A stretch of 64,000 nt of DNA from a bacterium. Lineage in GTDB: Bacteria; Bacteroidota; Bacteroidia; Bacteroidales; P3. The position numbers were made by a program, and so were the translations under genes. The stretch covers positions 7,428 to 71,427 of the forward strand of contig JAAVBQ010000035.1 in assembly GCA_014803485.1 (NCBI GenBank). Direction: 5' to 3'. This document shows, in pieces, positions 62,694 through 64,000 of the stretch; the first letter of the stretch is position 1, and each line of letters starts with the position of its first letter. The notes beneath the pieces are model-generated. The model was not told where the DNA came from. It did no database searches and saw only the letters and a list, made by a program, of their open reading frames with translations.

Positions 62694-63370
62694 TTCTTCG
62701 CTTTCGCAGCGGGTTTGGCGGCTTTTTCCGTCTTGGCCGCAGCCTTGGGTTCGGCTTTGGCCTTGGCAGGCGCTTTGGCCGCCTTAGGCTCGGCTTTGGA
62801 TTCGGCTTTAGCCTTGGCGGGGGCTTTCTCCGTCTTAGGTTCGGCCTTGGCCTTGGCAGGGGCCTTTGCAGCCTTGGGTTCGGCCTTGGCGGGCTTTTCA
62901 GCCTTTTCGGTCTTGGCCGCAGCCTTCGCCTCCGCCTCCTCGTGTTCCTTTATGGCCTCCTCGCGCGCCTTTTCGCGCTCGGAAAGTTCCTGATCTACCA
63001 AACCCTCTTTCTGCAACAGGTTATACCATTGCAACACCTTGCGGATATTCGATTCGTAGACCCTTTCGCGGTCGTAGGAAGGCAGAACCACGGCAAAGTA
63101 ATCGCGCACCTTCTTGGCGTCTTCCTTGTGGCCGAGACAGGCCCCGCCGTTTTCTTTCTTGTGGATGGCGCGGAACACATCGGCCAAGGGAATTTCCTCG
63201 GCTTCGGTATAGATGGCGATTTCCGCCAACGAACTCATTTTGTCGAGACCGAAGAACGGAGCGCGTTTCTTGTCGATAAGCGACTCCATGATGGCCGAAT
63301 TCTTGCCTTGCGAAATCAGTTTGTACAGGCCCGGCTTCCCCGGAACGTTGAAAATCAATGATAAATCCAT
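62690..63370 (-). CDS. DUF5606-like protein with a Lys/Ala/Pro/Glu-rich repeat tail, 226 aa
   Basis: N-terminal MDLSLIFNVPGKPGLYKLISQGKNSAIMESLIDKKR..., as I recall for the Bacteroidota DUF5606 family (unverified). C-terminal ~75 aa of AKAPAKAKAEPK-type repeats. The stop forms an ATGA overlap with the rnr start. Confidence 0.7.
   Translation of the reverse strand: MDLSLIFNVPGKPGLYKLISQGKNSAIMESLIDKKRAPFFGLDKMSSLAEIAIYTEAEEIPLADVFRAIHKKENGGACLGHKEDAKKVRDYFAVVLPSYDRERVYESNIRKVLQWYNLLQKEGLVDQELSEREKAREEAIKEHEEAEAKAAAKTEKAEKPAKAEPKAAKAPAKAKAEPKTEKAPAKAKAESKAEPKAAKAPAKAKAEPKAAAKTEKAAKPAAKAKK
62693..62915 (-). repeat. Imperfect tandem coding repeats for the KAPAKAKAEPK-type basic tail
   Basis: Recurring ...cttgggttcggc(c/t)ttggccttggcagg... 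units on the plus strand. Peptide: AEPKAAKAPAKAKAEPKTEKAPAKAKAESKAEPKAAKAPAKAKAEPKAAAK. Confidence 0.6.
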
Positions 63371-63421
63371 TTTTATCTTACTTTTCTGTTATACTCTATT
63401 TTGTTGTTTCACCACCACTTT

Positions 63422-64000
63422 TTATTTCACCACCACGCGCTTCACGGCCGATTTCCCATTCAGGCTCACCCGCACCAAATAAAGACCCGCGCCCTGCAGT
63501 TGCAAGCTTTGCAGGCCCGACACGTTTTCAAGCTGTTTGAGCAGAACACCCTGCGAGGTAAACACTTCCACGCGGCTACCCTCGGGCACATCCACATAGA
63601 AATCGCCCCGATTGGGGTTGGGGTAGAGCTTGAATCCAATCTTTTCCGCCGCTTCGGTCGCCACAGGGTCGGGATCCGCCAATTTGACGGTAAATCCCAC
63701 CTTGTCCGTATCTATGCGTTGGTCAGCGTGCCAAAGTTCAATTTCGAGCGAATAGGCACCGCCATATTCCAATTCGATTTCGGGCAGTTTGAAATATACG
63801 GCATGATAGGTTCCCTCTTCATCATCTATATCCAGAGAAGCCCTCGCCACCAGCGAAGTTTCGAGCAAAACCTCGGCCTGTTTGGGAGAAACAATCGTGA
63901 TACCCGTATAGGCCACCGTATCGGGAGTCGGTTCGGGCTCTGGTTCGGGCTCTGGTTCGGGCTCCGGTTCGGGCTCCGGCTCGGGCTCGGGGTCCGGGCC
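63422..64000 (-). CDS. T9SS C-terminal-sorting-domain protein, C-terminal part only (the gene continues right of the window)
   Basis: C-terminus FKLYPNPNRGDFYVDVPEGSRVEVFTSQGVLLKQLE...GLYLVRVSLNGKSAVKRVVVK is typical of a T9SS CTD. The frame stays open upstream of the track's GTG start through a (Glu-Pro)n linker to position 64000. Confidence 0.75.
   Translation of the reverse strand, partial: GPDPEPEPEPEPEPEPEPEPEPEPTPDTVAYTGITIVSPKQAEVLLETSLVARASLDIDDEEGTYHAVYFKLPEIELEYGGAYSLEIELWHADQRIDTDKVGFTVKLADPDPVATEAAEKIGFKLYPNPNRGDFYVDVPEGSRVEVFTSQGVLLKQLENVSGLQSLQLQGAGLYLVRVSLNGKSAVKRVVVK

Noticed and set aside
1-64000. rRNA, tRNA, tmRNA or riboswitch elements
   Set aside because: The intergenic space is very small. 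The only sizeable non-coding regions are 21651-21804, 47754-48032 and short gaps, and none showed cloverleaf-like or known riboswitch features by eye. This cannot be excluded without tRNAscan or Infernal.

Overview
Dense chromosomal window, mostly high-GC (mid-50s % by eye), with clear Bacteroidota hallmarks: T9SS C-terminal sorting domains, many lipoproteins, TAnnTTTG -7 promoter boxes, a DUF5606-like gene, and C10 and S9 peptidases. (i) 1-17876, minus strand: the 5' ~17.9 kb of a giant surface-adhesin gene. It is absent from the supplied ORF track because it has no stop codon inside the window. The 5,316-aa plus-strand ORF 1041-16991 is its codon-antiparallel shadow, not a gene. (ii) 17920-21650: two paralogous secreted proteins with the FGE-sulfatase/SUMF1 fold, in the same operon directly upstream of the giant gene. 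(iii) 21805-41252: a ~19.5 kb array built almost entirely from two co-duplicating families. Family T is five lipoproteins, each with an N-terminal domain, an invariant CxNCH (CXXCH) motif and a TolB-like PD40 beta-propeller. Family M is five polytopic membrane proteins plus one TM-less lipoprotein version. This array is my best candidate for an undescribed system. (iv) 41337-64000: housekeeping genes (uvrD/pcrA-type helicase, upp, CNNM-CBS, mutS2, ClC channel, DPP-IV, queA, pepC, recX, panD, rnr). These are interrupted by a cysteine-packed mini-lipoprotein and a low-GC three-gene islet (beta-barrel OMP, T9SS-secreted C10 protease, S74-chaperone tail-fibre-like protein). I recognised no rRNA, tRNA, CRISPR array, transposase or integrase. 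All homology statements rest on motif recognition by eye; no database search was run.
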